From a virus: a stretch of 64,000 nt of DNA. Positions 45,820 through 53,999 of the stretch are shown here, piece by piece (the stretch's first letter is position 1; every line of letters begins with the position of its first letter). Below the pieces are notes generated by a model. That model saw only the letters and a program-made list of their open reading frames with translations. It made no database searches and had not been told where the DNA came from. The translations under genes were made by a program, and so were the position numbers. Where the stretch lies: IMG/VR virus record IMGVR_UViG_3300008267_000004, positions 64,001-128,000 of that record; one strand, 5' to 3'.

Positions 45820-46012
45820 CCAGCTTTTTCGCCAAGAAGCTGGAAACTTGTTCGATGCTGGCTGATTTATAGCTTTCGCTATACGAGAACCACTCGCTTT
45901 CTTAATGTTAGTGGAACCTTTTTGCTCCATCGCAAGCATTGGCAGTTCCAAGCCAAAATCTTTTTTCTGTGAGTTGATTGCCCGAAAGGAAACACAGATG
46001 GTAGATTAGACC
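45820..46012 (-). ncRNA. Unclassified structured RNA, family X copy 2
   Basis: Homologous ends to 10534-10657 with a larger central insert. Confidence 0.65.
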
Positions 46013-46021
46013 GAAAAAGAA

Positions 46022-46124
46022 AGACGAGTCAGTACCGCTTAATTGCAGTTAAGCTTCCTTCGCTTCTGCAAGAACCGCACATAAGATTCCCGCTCATATT
46101 GGGGAATCTTATGTGCGCTCGTCT
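46022..46124 (-). ncRNA. Structured RNA with a 16-bp hairpin and a possible pseudoknot
   Basis: AGACGAG/CUCGUCU closing stem; CGCACAUAAGAUUCCC/GGGAAUCUUAUGUGCG; UUGCAG/CUGCAA and GCUUAA/UUAAGC. Confidence 0.5.
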
Positions 46125-46126
46125 AA

Positions 46127-46202
46127 TGGTGAATCGGGAGGGAATCGAACCCTCAACAAACTGGTTAAGAGCCAGTTACTCTACCAATTGAGTTACCGAT
46201 TC
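46127..46202 (-). tRNA. tRNA-Lys(CTT)
   Basis: ACTGG-CTCTTAA-CCAGT arm, CCA. Confidence 0.93.
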
Positions 46203-46207
46203 ATATT

Positions 46208-46283
46208 TGGTGCTGCCCCTTGGAATCGAACCAAGTTCAAAGGCTCTTCAGACCTCCGCTATGACCACATCAGCTAAAGCAGC
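46208..46283 (-). tRNA. tRNA-Phe(GAA)
   Basis: Loop CTGAAGA, CCA. Confidence 0.9.
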
Positions 46284-46288
46284 ATAAT

Positions 46289-46363
46289 TGGTGACCCTAA
46301 GCGGATTTGAACCGCTGTAACAGCCTTGAAAGGGCTGTGTCCTAACCGTTAGACGATAGGGCC
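46289..46363 (-). tRNA. tRNA-Glu(TTC)
   Basis: CAGCC-CTTTCAA-GGCTG arm, CCA. Confidence 0.95.
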
Positions 46364-46428
46364 ATGAAAGATGACCCCTGCGTACCCGAATAGTCTACAG
46401 ACTAAACGGGCAGAGGCAAGGGCCGTTA

Positions 46429-46505
46429 TGGTAGGAAATGTGAGATTCGAACTCACGACCAATCGCTTAAAAGGCGAGTGCTCTAACCGACTGAGCTAAT
46501 TTCCC
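46429..46505 (-). tRNA. tRNA-Lys(TTT)
   Basis: Loop CTTTTAA, CCA. Confidence 0.92.
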
Positions 46506-46511
46506 ATGAAT

Positions 46512-46587
46512 TGGCTGATCCGGTAGGATTCGAACCTACGGTAGGCGAGTTAACAGCTCGCTGCCTTACCTGCTTGGCTACGGATCA
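46512..46587 (-). tRNA. tRNA-Asn(GTT)
   Basis: GCGAG-CTGTTAA-CTCGC arm, CCA. Confidence 0.95.
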
Positions 46588-46778
46588 ACATATTCTTTTA
46601 GTACAGATTCTGTTAGGGTTATAGTAACTTCGTTACCATTTCGTCTATGCTTACCGACTACATAATAAACTCCGCTATTACTACCATACCACAAATTTGG
46701 TCCAACGATTCGCATTGGCTGAATAATCTCTTCTGAGAAGATACAAGTTACAAGATCACCCGGCTTAAAACGATTCAT
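46578..46778 (-). CDS. Small SH3/KOW-like protein inside the tRNA operon
   Basis: FKPGDLV; SD GGAG; stop overlaps the tRNA-Asn 5' end. Confidence 0.55.
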   Translation of the reverse strand: MNRFKPGDLVTCIFSEEIIQPMRIVGPNLWYGSNSGVYYVVGKHRRNGNEVTITLTESVLKEYVDP

Positions 46779-46793
46779 TGAACTCTCCTAAAT

Positions 46794-46870
46794 TGGCGAT
46801 CCCGGCAGGAGTCGAACCTGCAACCTAGTGGGTAGAAGCCACTTGCTCTATCCAATTGAGCTACGGAACC
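46794..46870 (-). tRNA. tRNA-Arg(TCT)
   Basis: AGTGG-CTTCTAC-CCACT arm, CCA. Confidence 0.95.
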
Positions 46871-46877
46871 ATTAAAT

Positions 46878-46963
46878 TGGTAGGTGTGGACGGACTCGAA
46901 CCGTCAAGCCTGTTAAGGCAACAGATTTTAAGTCTGTCGTGTATACCATTCCACCACACACCC
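46878..46963 (-). tRNA. tRNA-Leu(TAA)
   Basis: Type II cloverleaf, CCA. Confidence 0.95.
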
Positions 46964-47047
46964 ATATGGGCAAGTTTTTGTCAAGGGAACTTGCAAACCC
47001 GTCAGAGTATTTCTGTTGGAAACCAACAATGGCATCTCTTTGCCTTA

Positions 47048-47138
47048 TGGTGCGCCGTGAGGGAATCGAACCCACACTAAGGCCGATAATCTGTCGGAAG
47101 GAGTTTATAAGTCTCCCCTGCATCCAATGCGACGGCGC
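47048..47138 (-). tRNA. Atypical tRNA with TAT anticodon (Ile-UAU-like)
   Basis: GCGCCGU/ACGGCGC acceptor, tiny D-arm GCA-UUGGA-UGC, loop CTTATAA, long variable arm, CCA. Confidence 0.75.
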
Positions 47139-47221
47139 ATAACTTACATTAATTACTATATCATACTTAATTCAGTTGTTAAAGAGCAAAGTTTTTTTCT
47201 TTCTCACTTAATTACCTGCCC

Positions 47222-47277
47222 ATTATAGCACAAGCAAAAGTGCCGGTCAAGAAGAAAAAAACAGCAGCGATAGAGTA
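47222..47277 (-). promoter_or_regulatory. tRNA-operon promoter with TACTCTATC box
   Basis: TTGACC-17 bp-TATAAT; box at 47277-47269. Confidence 0.85.
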
Positions 47278-47314
47278 AAAATTTCATTCATAACGCTGCA
47301 CAACCGCCCGGTAG

Positions 47315-47344
47315 ATTATACCACAAGTCGGCGGGCGGAGTCAA
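47315..47344 (-). promoter_or_regulatory. Second tRNA-operon promoter
   Basis: TTGACT-18 bp-TGG-TATAAT, GC-rich discriminator. Confidence 0.8.
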
Positions 47345-47536
47345 GCACTTTTTTTCAGTGCCATGTCGTTTTTTTTCGGATTAGCGCCAACTCTGTATGA
47401 GAAAGTTTGTTTGGGTCGGTTCGTATTTAAACGACGGATCGACAACCCTGCATTGATTTCGCTTATAACTTAATGTTGATAAAAGCGTTTTCATAACAAA
47501 CCTCTGATACTGTTTCTCTCTCAAACTTACCCGCAC

Positions 47537-47565
47537 ATTGTACCACGGGCAGCGGAGGGAGTCAA
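47537..47565 (-). promoter_or_regulatory. Third tRNA-operon promoter
   Basis: TTGACT-17 bp-TACAAT; upstream region is a near-repeat of 47339-47388. Confidence 0.8.
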
Positions 47566-47672
47566 GCACTTTATTTAGGCACCATGTCGTTTTTTAATCG
47601 GTTACGCATGGCATTGTATAAACTATATAGTAGCTAGTTCTAGAAAAGACTATATCACAGTTTATTTTTTTG

Positions 47673-47930
47673 TTAAATATTTTTTAATGGCTCTCTTGAG
47701 CCAACATTTGGAGGTGGACCTGGATCTTCCCCGTAATACCTTATTCTAAATTCTCTCATAAAATCCCAATATGTGTCTAGAATTTTATTACAGTTCTCAC
47801 AGCGAAAATCTAAAGCATTGCTATTATCGCCACGCATTACCCAAACAGGTTTATGTTCAACACCCTCTTTTCCTTTGCACCATTTACGTCTATTTTTTTT
47901 TGAGCGATGCTTAGGAATCTCGTTTTCCAT
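47673..47930 (-). CDS. Small basic Cys-containing protein
   Basis: WCKGKEGVEH...CENC. Confidence 0.6.
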   Translation of the reverse strand: MENEIPKHRSKKNRRKWCKGKEGVEHKPVWVMRGDNSNALDFRCENCNKILDTYWDFMREFRIRYYGEDPGPPPNVGSREPLKNI

Positions 47931-48183
47931 CTGTCACCTTTTTATCATTATAGCATTTACGGGTATATTTTGTAACCTTCATAAACTGTGTATAAAACTG
48001 TGTTGCATAAAGCTGCAACATTGGTGAATCTGGTGTCATGGGTTCAACCTCAATATAGTTACCACAGACTCTAACAATTCCCACTAAACTTGTATAAGGT
48101 GGGTTTGTAGAAATCCACAAATCACCAGCAACTGCCTCTAATTTATGTTTATAAACAACTCCACCAGATGTTAAGGTTATCAC
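47911..48183 (-). CDS. Hypothetical protein
   Basis: Coupled ORF. Confidence 0.55.
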   Translation of the reverse strand: MITLTSGGVVYKHKLEAVAGDLWISTNPPYTSLVGIVRVCGNYIEVEPMTPDSPMLQLYATQFYTQFMKVTKYTRKCYNDKKVTDGKRDS

Positions 48184-48473
48184 GACTTCAACTCATCAAA
48201 CGTATGCTGGCTCATATCAGTTACGTTATCGTGATCGACCGTACAGTTAGGATCATCGCAAACACGAACATCACTTAGAAAATCCCAAGCAACGCTACCA
48301 TCTTCATCAAACTGTAGAAGTGCAAACTTGCAACCACCATTTAGTGCATCGTTGAAATCTTCCATAATCTCAGGAAGATCTGGATTAGTGGTGAAATACT
48401 TGTCGAGCATAGCCTTTAGTTCACCCATCGGAATAACACGGTTCTGCATTTTATACCTTCTCTTCCCAGTCAA
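48180..48473 (-). CDS. Hypothetical protein
   Basis: Likely start MQNRV. Confidence 0.6.
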   Translation of the reverse strand: MTGKRRYKMQNRVIPMGELKAMLDKYFTTNPDLPEIMEDFNDALNGGCKFALLQFDEDGSVAWDFLSDVRVCDDPNCTVDHDNVTDMSQHTFDELKS

Positions 48474-48645
48474 GAGTGTCTAGAACAAAATATGATTGAA
48501 CATGGGTTAGTATTTCTTTTCTATCCCAGATTTCTTGTCTACGTTTTTGCGCTTCTGATTCATTCCTAAAGACACCCATAATTTCAACCATATGGTCCCT
48601 CATATCTGGATTATGTCTTGTAACGATATACACTGATTCCTGCAT
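48451..48645 (-). CDS. Hypothetical protein
   Basis: VYIVT...IMGVFRNESEA. Confidence 0.55.
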   Translation of the reverse strand: MQESVYIVTRHNPDMRDHMVEIMGVFRNESEAQKRRQEIWDRKEILTHVQSYFVLDTLDWEEKV

Positions 48646-48887
48646 TAAATCTCCACAACCAACTTAGCTTTTAATTCCCTAACCAACAGGTCTTTTTCTT
48701 TTTCCTCAACAAAAGTTTTTTCTGGATATTCCCCAAGAATCACGTACTCATATAGATTGTTCTGATGATCATATCCAAGATACATACAAACATCATTAAA
48801 CCCATCAGGAATGGTAAATACATCACCAAGCGATAGGGTATATAATTGTTTTGTAGGAACTTTGCTATCTACATATTCAATGTCCAT
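48645..48887 (-). CDS. Hypothetical protein (SH3-like?)
   Basis: LSLGDVF. Confidence 0.55.
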   Translation of the reverse strand: MDIEYVDSKVPTKQLYTLSLGDVFTIPDGFNDVCMYLGYDHQNNLYEYVILGEYPEKTFVEEKEKDLLVRELKAKLVVEI

Positions 48888-48895
48888 TTCACCCT

Positions 48896-49153
48896 CTAAA
48901 CAACATCAGCAAGTGTTGCACCACGCTTCATCCAGTTTTGCTGGTGAAAACGCCAATCTTCTTCGTGTAGTGAATCGTTTGCAATCTTGATAGAATCCTC
49001 CATGCTATTACTTGCCCTAGCATTTTCGTAAGCATACATCCAGATTCTAAGAGCAACCATTCCAAATTCAGCAGCTTCCTTTTGCGCCTGCACTAGCTTA
49101 TCGTTTTCCATTTTACCCTCTGAGAGAAACCATATACACAATAAATGACACAA
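48896..49153 (-). CDS. Hypothetical protein
   Basis: Likely start MENDK. Confidence 0.55.
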   Translation of the reverse strand: MCHLLCIWFLSEGKMENDKLVQAQKEAAEFGMVALRIWMYAYENARASNSMEDSIKIANDSLHEEDWRFHQQNWMKRGATLADVV

Positions 49154-49200
49154 GATATATAAGAGACAAAATTATTAAAGTTGTATCTAACTTTTCTCTG

Positions 49201-49413
49201 CTAATCATCATCGACCGTATCATCGCCAAAAAATTCTGTTTGTGGAAATTTTGCTGGGTCCGATACGCCCACACATTTCTGACTCTCACAGTAAGCATCG
49301 CCTCTTGTTGCTTCTCGCGCTAAGTCCTCAATACTCCACTCGTTTGTGGGATACTCAGTCCAGATTGTAATTGTTGTTTTGTACAGTTTTTGTGGTTTTC
49401 CAGTTGTTGACAT
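49201..49413 (-). CDS. Hypothetical protein
   Basis: SD GGAG plus ORF. Confidence 0.55.
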   Translation of the reverse strand: MSTTGKPQKLYKTTITIWTEYPTNEWSIEDLAREATRGDAYCESQKCVGVSDPAKFPQTEFFGDDTVDDD

Positions 49414-49549
49414 ATTGACTCCTTACAGGTAGCGGAAAAAGTCGTAGATACGTTGTATAATATCTACGACAATTTCCACAAATACTGATATGGCTGCAAA
49501 AACAAAAAGAATGCAGATAAAACCAAATGCAATTGCTGCCCAAATCATA

Positions 49550-50434
49550 TTATTTACTATCTGCGGCGGCTGGTAACTCGTCAACGTCAACAAGTTTCAG
49601 GCATCGCTCCATTACAGCAGATTCTTGACCGTGCATAAACCACATGACCCTAATTTCACGCGATCCCACACCATAAGTGTGATTTGCACCAATTTTTTTC
49701 ATTACAGTGCCAATTCGATCCATCTTCTTTAGATCGGGATTGTAATTATGATATAGTGGATCTTTCCCACGCTTATCATAAAATTCACGCTTCAGCCTTA
49801 CAACATCTCCAGCAGAAAACTTCAACGGTCTTGAATTTTCTACCATCGACTTAAATTTTCTACCATTACAGGCTTGTGCAAAAGAATACAAAGTAAGTTC
49901 TTCTGCTAGTTCTTCACCTTGACTGCCATATTCATATGTACTCTTGCGGTTACGAATCCTGGCATTGACTTCAACACGATATGCATTATATACTTCGGCA
50001 ACACCGGGACGAGTTTTGATCCATTCATTAAAAGCATTTACAGCATCTTGAAATGTAGCAGTACGCATCGCAATTTTTTTAGCGACCATGTTTGTAACTG
50101 TCTGAAATTCATAAGTTAGCCTAGTTCCATCTTCTGGCCTATATTGCTCAGATGGCTTTCCATCTGCTACAAATTTCAACATTTCTTGAAATTGCGTCTT
50201 AACAATTTCTTGTTGAAATCCTACTTCTTCTGGATAATCTGAATCAACCATCATTGACCAGAATTCTTTCTCTTTTCCAGACTCTATATAATCTCTGTGA
50301 ATTTGACTCAGCAAGCCTTGATGTCTATAATAAGAGCTGTTGTGATAAAAAATACATTCATCAGCATTATACTTCCTTTTAGTACCATGCTTATACTTAA
50401 AATCCAACTTATACTGTGAACTTGTGTAACCCAC
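49550..50434 (-). CDS. Hypothetical protein with C-terminal SH3-like domain (paralog of 50758-51432)
   Basis: FSAGDVVRL...IGTV...RVMWF. Confidence 0.65.
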   Translation of the reverse strand: MGYTSSQYKLDFKYKHGTKRKYNADECIFYHNSSYYRHQGLLSQIHRDYIESGKEKEFWSMMVDSDYPEEVGFQQEIVKTQFQEMLKFVADGKPSEQYRPEDGTRLTYEFQTVTNMVAKKIAMRTATFQDAVNAFNEWIKTRPGVAEVYNAYRVEVNARIRNRKSTYEYGSQGEELAEELTLYSFAQACNGRKFKSMVENSRPLKFSAGDVVRLKREFYDKRGKDPLYHNYNPDLKKMDRIGTVMKKIGANHTYGVGSREIRVMWFMHGQESAVMERCLKLVDVDELPAAADSK

Positions 50435-50572
50435 TATTCCTCCCTATTGTTTTTCCAATTACGGCAAGCCTTGCGATTATTTTCTTTCCTCTTATCAACA
50501 TGAATTGCTGCCTTAGTCGCTCCAGCGATAATAAGCAGCATATTGTAATCTCTAGTTTTAATATCGTTAGGA

Positions 50573-50755
50573 TCAATGTACAACGTGTTCTCTTCCCTGC
50601 AACGCATTTCTTAGCGCCTCCTCATACAACATTTTATCAAATTCTTCTTTAGTCCAGCCATGTTCTGCATCTTCGCTAAATAGTTTTTCAAGTGCCTTAT
50701 TTACGGCAATTTCGTAATAAAAAACCATTTGCTCATAAGGAATTTTAGTTGACAT
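50573..50755 (-). CDS. Hypothetical protein
   Basis: Tiled ORF. Confidence 0.5.
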   Translation of the reverse strand: MSTKIPYEQMVFYYEIAVNKALEKLFSEDAEHGWTKEEFDKMLYEEALRNALQGREHVVH

Positions 50756-50757
50756 TA

Positions 50758-51432
50758 TTAATCCTTCATCCGATACTTCTTGAGCATCTTCTCTTCAACG
50801 GTGTTTTCCTCGCCAGAATTCATCCAAAGGACTCGGTACTGACGACCACCAATGTTTGCAGAGCGACGATTAACCTCGTCAAGAACCTTGACGACTGTAC
50901 CAACTTCGGGTTCATCACCACGACGACGCATTTGAACAACATCACCCGGCTCAAAAGCATTATTTGTCATGTTATGAATTAGACGCTTTGCATACTTGTT
51001 CTCACACATAGCGCGGAACTGCTTTTCAGTCGGGATGAACGACTTATCCTTGAGAGCCTTAGCTGCCAAATCTTGGAAGTAAGGAGTCTGGGAATAATAC
51101 TTAGCGCAAATCTCAAGCTGCTTCGCCTTCCAAGCATCCCAAGTGTTTGCCCATGCAGCACGATCTGCCTGCGCTTGAGCAACTACAGCAGGATCATACC
51201 GATTCTCGACAACCTCAAAATACTTATACTGATTGGCGCTCATGTTGTTAAACCGCTTCCAAGTGCTATCAAGGCTCGTAATAAATTCACGATCCTTCTG
51301 CGTCAGGGACGCATTTGCAAGCAGCTTGGTAAGACGTTCGCCAACAACAGGATCAGTAACGCGATCCGTTGCAGGGGCAGAGTTAAAACTACGATTGCGA
51401 GCGCGGTCAGCAAGATAACCCATTTTATTCAT
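50758..51432 (-). CDS. Hypothetical protein with C-terminal SH3-like domain
   Basis: FEPGDVVQM...VGTV...YRVLWM; GC-richer codons. Confidence 0.7.
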   Translation of the reverse strand: MNKMGYLADRARNRSFNSAPATDRVTDPVVGERLTKLLANASLTQKDREFITSLDSTWKRFNNMSANQYKYFEVVENRYDPAVVAQAQADRAAWANTWDAWKAKQLEICAKYYSQTPYFQDLAAKALKDKSFIPTEKQFRAMCENKYAKRLIHNMTNNAFEPGDVVQMRRRGDEPEVGTVVKVLDEVNRRSANIGGRQYRVLWMNSGEENTVEEKMLKKYRMKD

Positions 51433-51649
51433 TCTCCGTGAAAAAGTTTTCCGTGATTAGTTCCAGATGATCCAAACTATGAAATCCGTATCTACCCATA
51501 GATTGCCACATTACCTGCACAATCTGTTTTCCGTTCTCGTTGTGAATATTCATTACAACACCCGGTCCAAGAAACAATGGATGGGTAACAATTGAGCCGA
51601 CATTAATTTTCATAGCATCTCCCTCAACCTTACCCACCCATTGTATCAA
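51425..51649 (-). CDS. Small SH3-like protein (likely start MKINVG)
   Basis: INVGSIVTHPLF.GPGVV...VQVMW. Confidence 0.6.
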   Translation of the reverse strand: MIQWVGKVEGDAMKINVGSIVTHPLFLGPGVVMNIHNENGKQIVQVMWQSMGRYGFHSLDHLELITENFFTENE

Positions 51650-51696
51650 AGACCGCGTGTAAAGTCAACCCACAAAGAAACACTAGGGATAGAGTA
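51640..51696 (-). promoter_or_regulatory. sigma70 promoter with TACTCTATC box
   Basis: TTGACT-17 bp-TACAAT; box at 51696-51688. Confidence 0.8.
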
Positions 51697-51712
51697 TATC
51701 ATCTGCCCTAAA

Positions 51713-51910
51713 TTACTGTTCCTTAACAGTAATAAACTTTGTGGTTGAATCAGGGCGTTTGCTGTTCATGCATTCACACTCAAATGCTGCCAGTTGCTCA
51801 CTTTCATAGCGCAATAGTTCGCCTTTGTTGTTTCTGATTAAATGCCCACCAAGTGGATAGATTGCCTTAATGTTCCAATACTGTTTCACGTTACACCCCT
51901 TTTCGCTCAA
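51713..51910 (-). CDS. Hypothetical protein
   Basis: Tiled ORF. Confidence 0.45.
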   Translation of the reverse strand: MSEKGCNVKQYWNIKAIYPLGGHLIRNNKGELLRYESEQLAAFECECMNSKRPDSTTKFITVKEQ

Positions 51911-52208
51911 TCACGTTTGCTACTGAAATGCGTTTTGCAACTTCAACACTAAAATAATTTTTGTCTTCGTCTTCCCTAAATACAGTTACAATTGTATCAC
52001 CACAAACTCGAGATTGTAAATTTCCTTCCTCTACAATCATCTCGCGTACCATTTCCTCAACCCACTTATTTACCTCGGTTTGAGGAATATGAACGGCGGC
52101 TGGCGATACTGAATTCCACTCTACAGAGAAAAGCATTTGATCACCAGACATTTTTTGATTTGTACCGTAATGTTTAAATACCATATCAGTTCTGCTAATT
52201 TCAGTCAT
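51891..52208 (-). CDS. Hypothetical protein
   Basis: SD plus ORF. Confidence 0.6.
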   Translation of the reverse strand: MTEISRTDMVFKHYGTNQKMSGDQMLFSVEWNSVSPAAVHIPQTEVNKWVEEMVREMIVEEGNLQSRVCGDTIVTVFREDEDKNYFSVEVAKRISVANVIERKGV

Positions 52209-52355
52209 TAATAATCCTCGTCATAGGAATCACTATCATCTTCTGGAGCGCAACTTACGCAATATGGAGCATCATGCGTATCATCTACTGGCACCATCAC
52301 AACTTCTGATTCATCAATATATCGTTTGCAGGAAGTACATTTTACGACGCCCATA

Positions 52356-52607
52356 TTAAGCCTTCGCCTCCCACTTGCGGATCATTTCTTCATGACCTTC
52401 ATATGCTTCAGTTTCATCGTTATAACGATCAACGTCCACTTCTGCAAAATCAATGTCACCTGTCTCAGAATTACGATTAAAGACCATAGTCTCCCAACCC
52501 TGATCCCAGGTTAGATTTGTTGAAATAAAGTACCTACCATTCTTAGTATAGTGCTTCTTCTGCTTATCATATGATTGCATCTTGCCCATCAAATCCAAAT
52601 CAAACAT
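52356..52607 (-). CDS. Hypothetical protein
   Basis: FISTNLT...WETMVF; similar motif in 53259-53558. Confidence 0.6.
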   Translation of the reverse strand: MFDLDLMGKMQSYDKQKKHYTKNGRYFISTNLTWDQGWETMVFNRNSETGDIDFAEVDVDRYNDETEAYEGHEEMIRKWEAKA

Positions 52608-52615
52608 TTTATCTC

Positions 52616-53266
52616 CTAGGAAAAGTAATTAATCTGTGTAAGTGTCAGCTTCTTTTGACCATGATAAACAAGGCCAATATTAATCTCGCCAGTAATTGCT
52701 GGAAGATCGTTTACATTACCATCAATGTAACCGGCTTTCTCTCTTGCCTCATGGCTTGAAAAGATACGAGAATGACTCTTAGACCTATCAAGGATTCTAT
52801 CATAGATTCCACCTAAAGATTGAATAATCTGAAAATTAGATGGCTTATTTGTCCACAGATCAAGATCAAGTGCTTTTGTGTAGGCGTAAAATAACCTATC
52901 AGGCATCTTGGTTGCAATTTCATACCACTTGTCAAGATACTCTTGATTATAGAAGTCACCAGAATCATGTACGCGAACAGTGTTATAACTACGCTTTGAT
53001 CTTAGCGCCTCGACCATATCATTTACAAAATAATTTGAAATGGTAGCATCAAGATTCTTTTCCCTTGCAGCTTTTACATTAGGCATCAAATAACGACCCT
53101 GCCGCGCATAACAAGGTTTAATGCAAGCATTAGCGCCTCGACAGGTATTATACGACTCTCCGTTTACAGAAAAGTCCATATATGCTGGAATTCCGAAACC
53201 GATAATTTTATATTCGGTTCCGTTTGGCTTACTAAGCTTTGCGTTTCCTTGCGAAAGACTAATCAT
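52616..53266 (-). CDS. Phage gp88-like protein (Cys-cluster)
   Basis: CRGANACIKPCYARQGRY, RVHDSGDFY, FYAYTK. Confidence 0.75.
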   Translation of the reverse strand: MISLSQGNAKLSKPNGTEYKIIGFGIPAYMDFSVNGESYNTCRGANACIKPCYARQGRYLMPNVKAAREKNLDATISNYFVNDMVEALRSKRSYNTVRVHDSGDFYNQEYLDKWYEIATKMPDRLFYAYTKALDLDLWTNKPSNFQIIQSLGGIYDRILDRSKSHSRIFSSHEAREKAGYIDGNVNDLPAITGEINIGLVYHGQKKLTLTQINYFS

Positions 53267-53558
53267 TGTTTCCTCTGAAACTTTCCCATGTTTGTAAGTG
53301 ACACAAATACGCTTTATCTTCTGAGTATGTATACTTTGTTTTTACACATCTGTCAATATCTGGCGATCCATCATTTTTGCATGGAAAGACCATTGTTTCA
53401 TACTTTCTCTCATTAAATTTTATTCTATTATATTCCATATGAGCAGACCTGTGTTCAACAGTGATTACTATAAATCCAGTTTCAGTTTTATTTTCCATAT
53501 AAAACTTGGTATAATACTCATTGTTGTGCATTGGGTCTCCATAAATAGGAAAGGGCAA
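53259..53558 (-). CDS. Hypothetical protein (likely start MHNNE)
   Basis: YETMVFPC motif. Confidence 0.55.
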   Translation of the reverse strand: MPFPIYGDPMHNNEYYTKFYMENKTETGFIVITVEHRSAHMEYNRIKFNERKYETMVFPCKNDGSPDIDRCVKTKYTYSEDKAYLCHLQTWESFRGNND

Positions 53559-53589
53559 CCAAAATTAATTGGTTGCCCCCGATTCCTAA

Positions 53590-53943
53590 TTAAAATGGAA
53601 TAGGCTCGATTTCCATACCATCTTGCTCAATGGTATCTTCATCACTTGCCCGAACGTCAGTATCGTCTGACTCATCATTCTCAGAATCTTCGGTCTCTAC
53701 TGATTTTGCCTCAATAGTTGCAGACTCGGGAAAACAAAGTCCGCCCGTTCGACCGCGCTTTCCGACAATAGCTCCTGCCTTCTTTAGATCTGCAACTAGC
53801 TTTAGAATCAGCTTCTTATGTTGCTTGCCAAACTTCTCGTCAATTAGATAATTAACGGGACAGTTAGTTCGACCCTCGTCATTAGACGCGATATACAGGG
53901 TGATAGCAGAGATAATGTCAGACTTGGTAACGGTAGTAGCCAT
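53590..53943 (-). CDS. Small winged-helix-like protein with acidic tail (distant paralog of 25244 and 27614)
   Basis: NDEGRTNCPV...LKKAGAIVGKRGRTGGLCF. Confidence 0.6.
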   Translation of the reverse strand: MATTVTKSDIISAITLYIASNDEGRTNCPVNYLIDEKFGKQHKKLILKLVADLKKAGAIVGKRGRTGGLCFPESATIEAKSVETEDSENDESDDTDVRASDEDTIEQDGMEIEPIPF

Positions 53944-53999
53944 TTGTGTAGTTTCCTTTTTTCTTAGTGGTTTGGGTATTACTGGTTAGGGGTTAAAAT

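Noticed and set aside
10534-46124. Theta (HDV-like), hammerhead, twister or pistol ribozyme identity for the tRNA-adjacent RNAs
   Set aside because: I could not fit the nested double pseudoknot or the catalytic core consensus of any of these by eye; not excluded without a covariance search
46966-47045. Extra tRNA-like element ending in CCA between Ile(TAT) and Leu(TAA)
   Set aside because: It has hairpins but no T-loop or anticodon arm; TTGACA there has no matching -10
42555-47142. Short ORFs overlapping tRNA genes (e.g. 42555-42746, 43269-43637, 45267-45476, 46872-47123)
   Set aside because: They are explained by tRNA and ncRNA sequence
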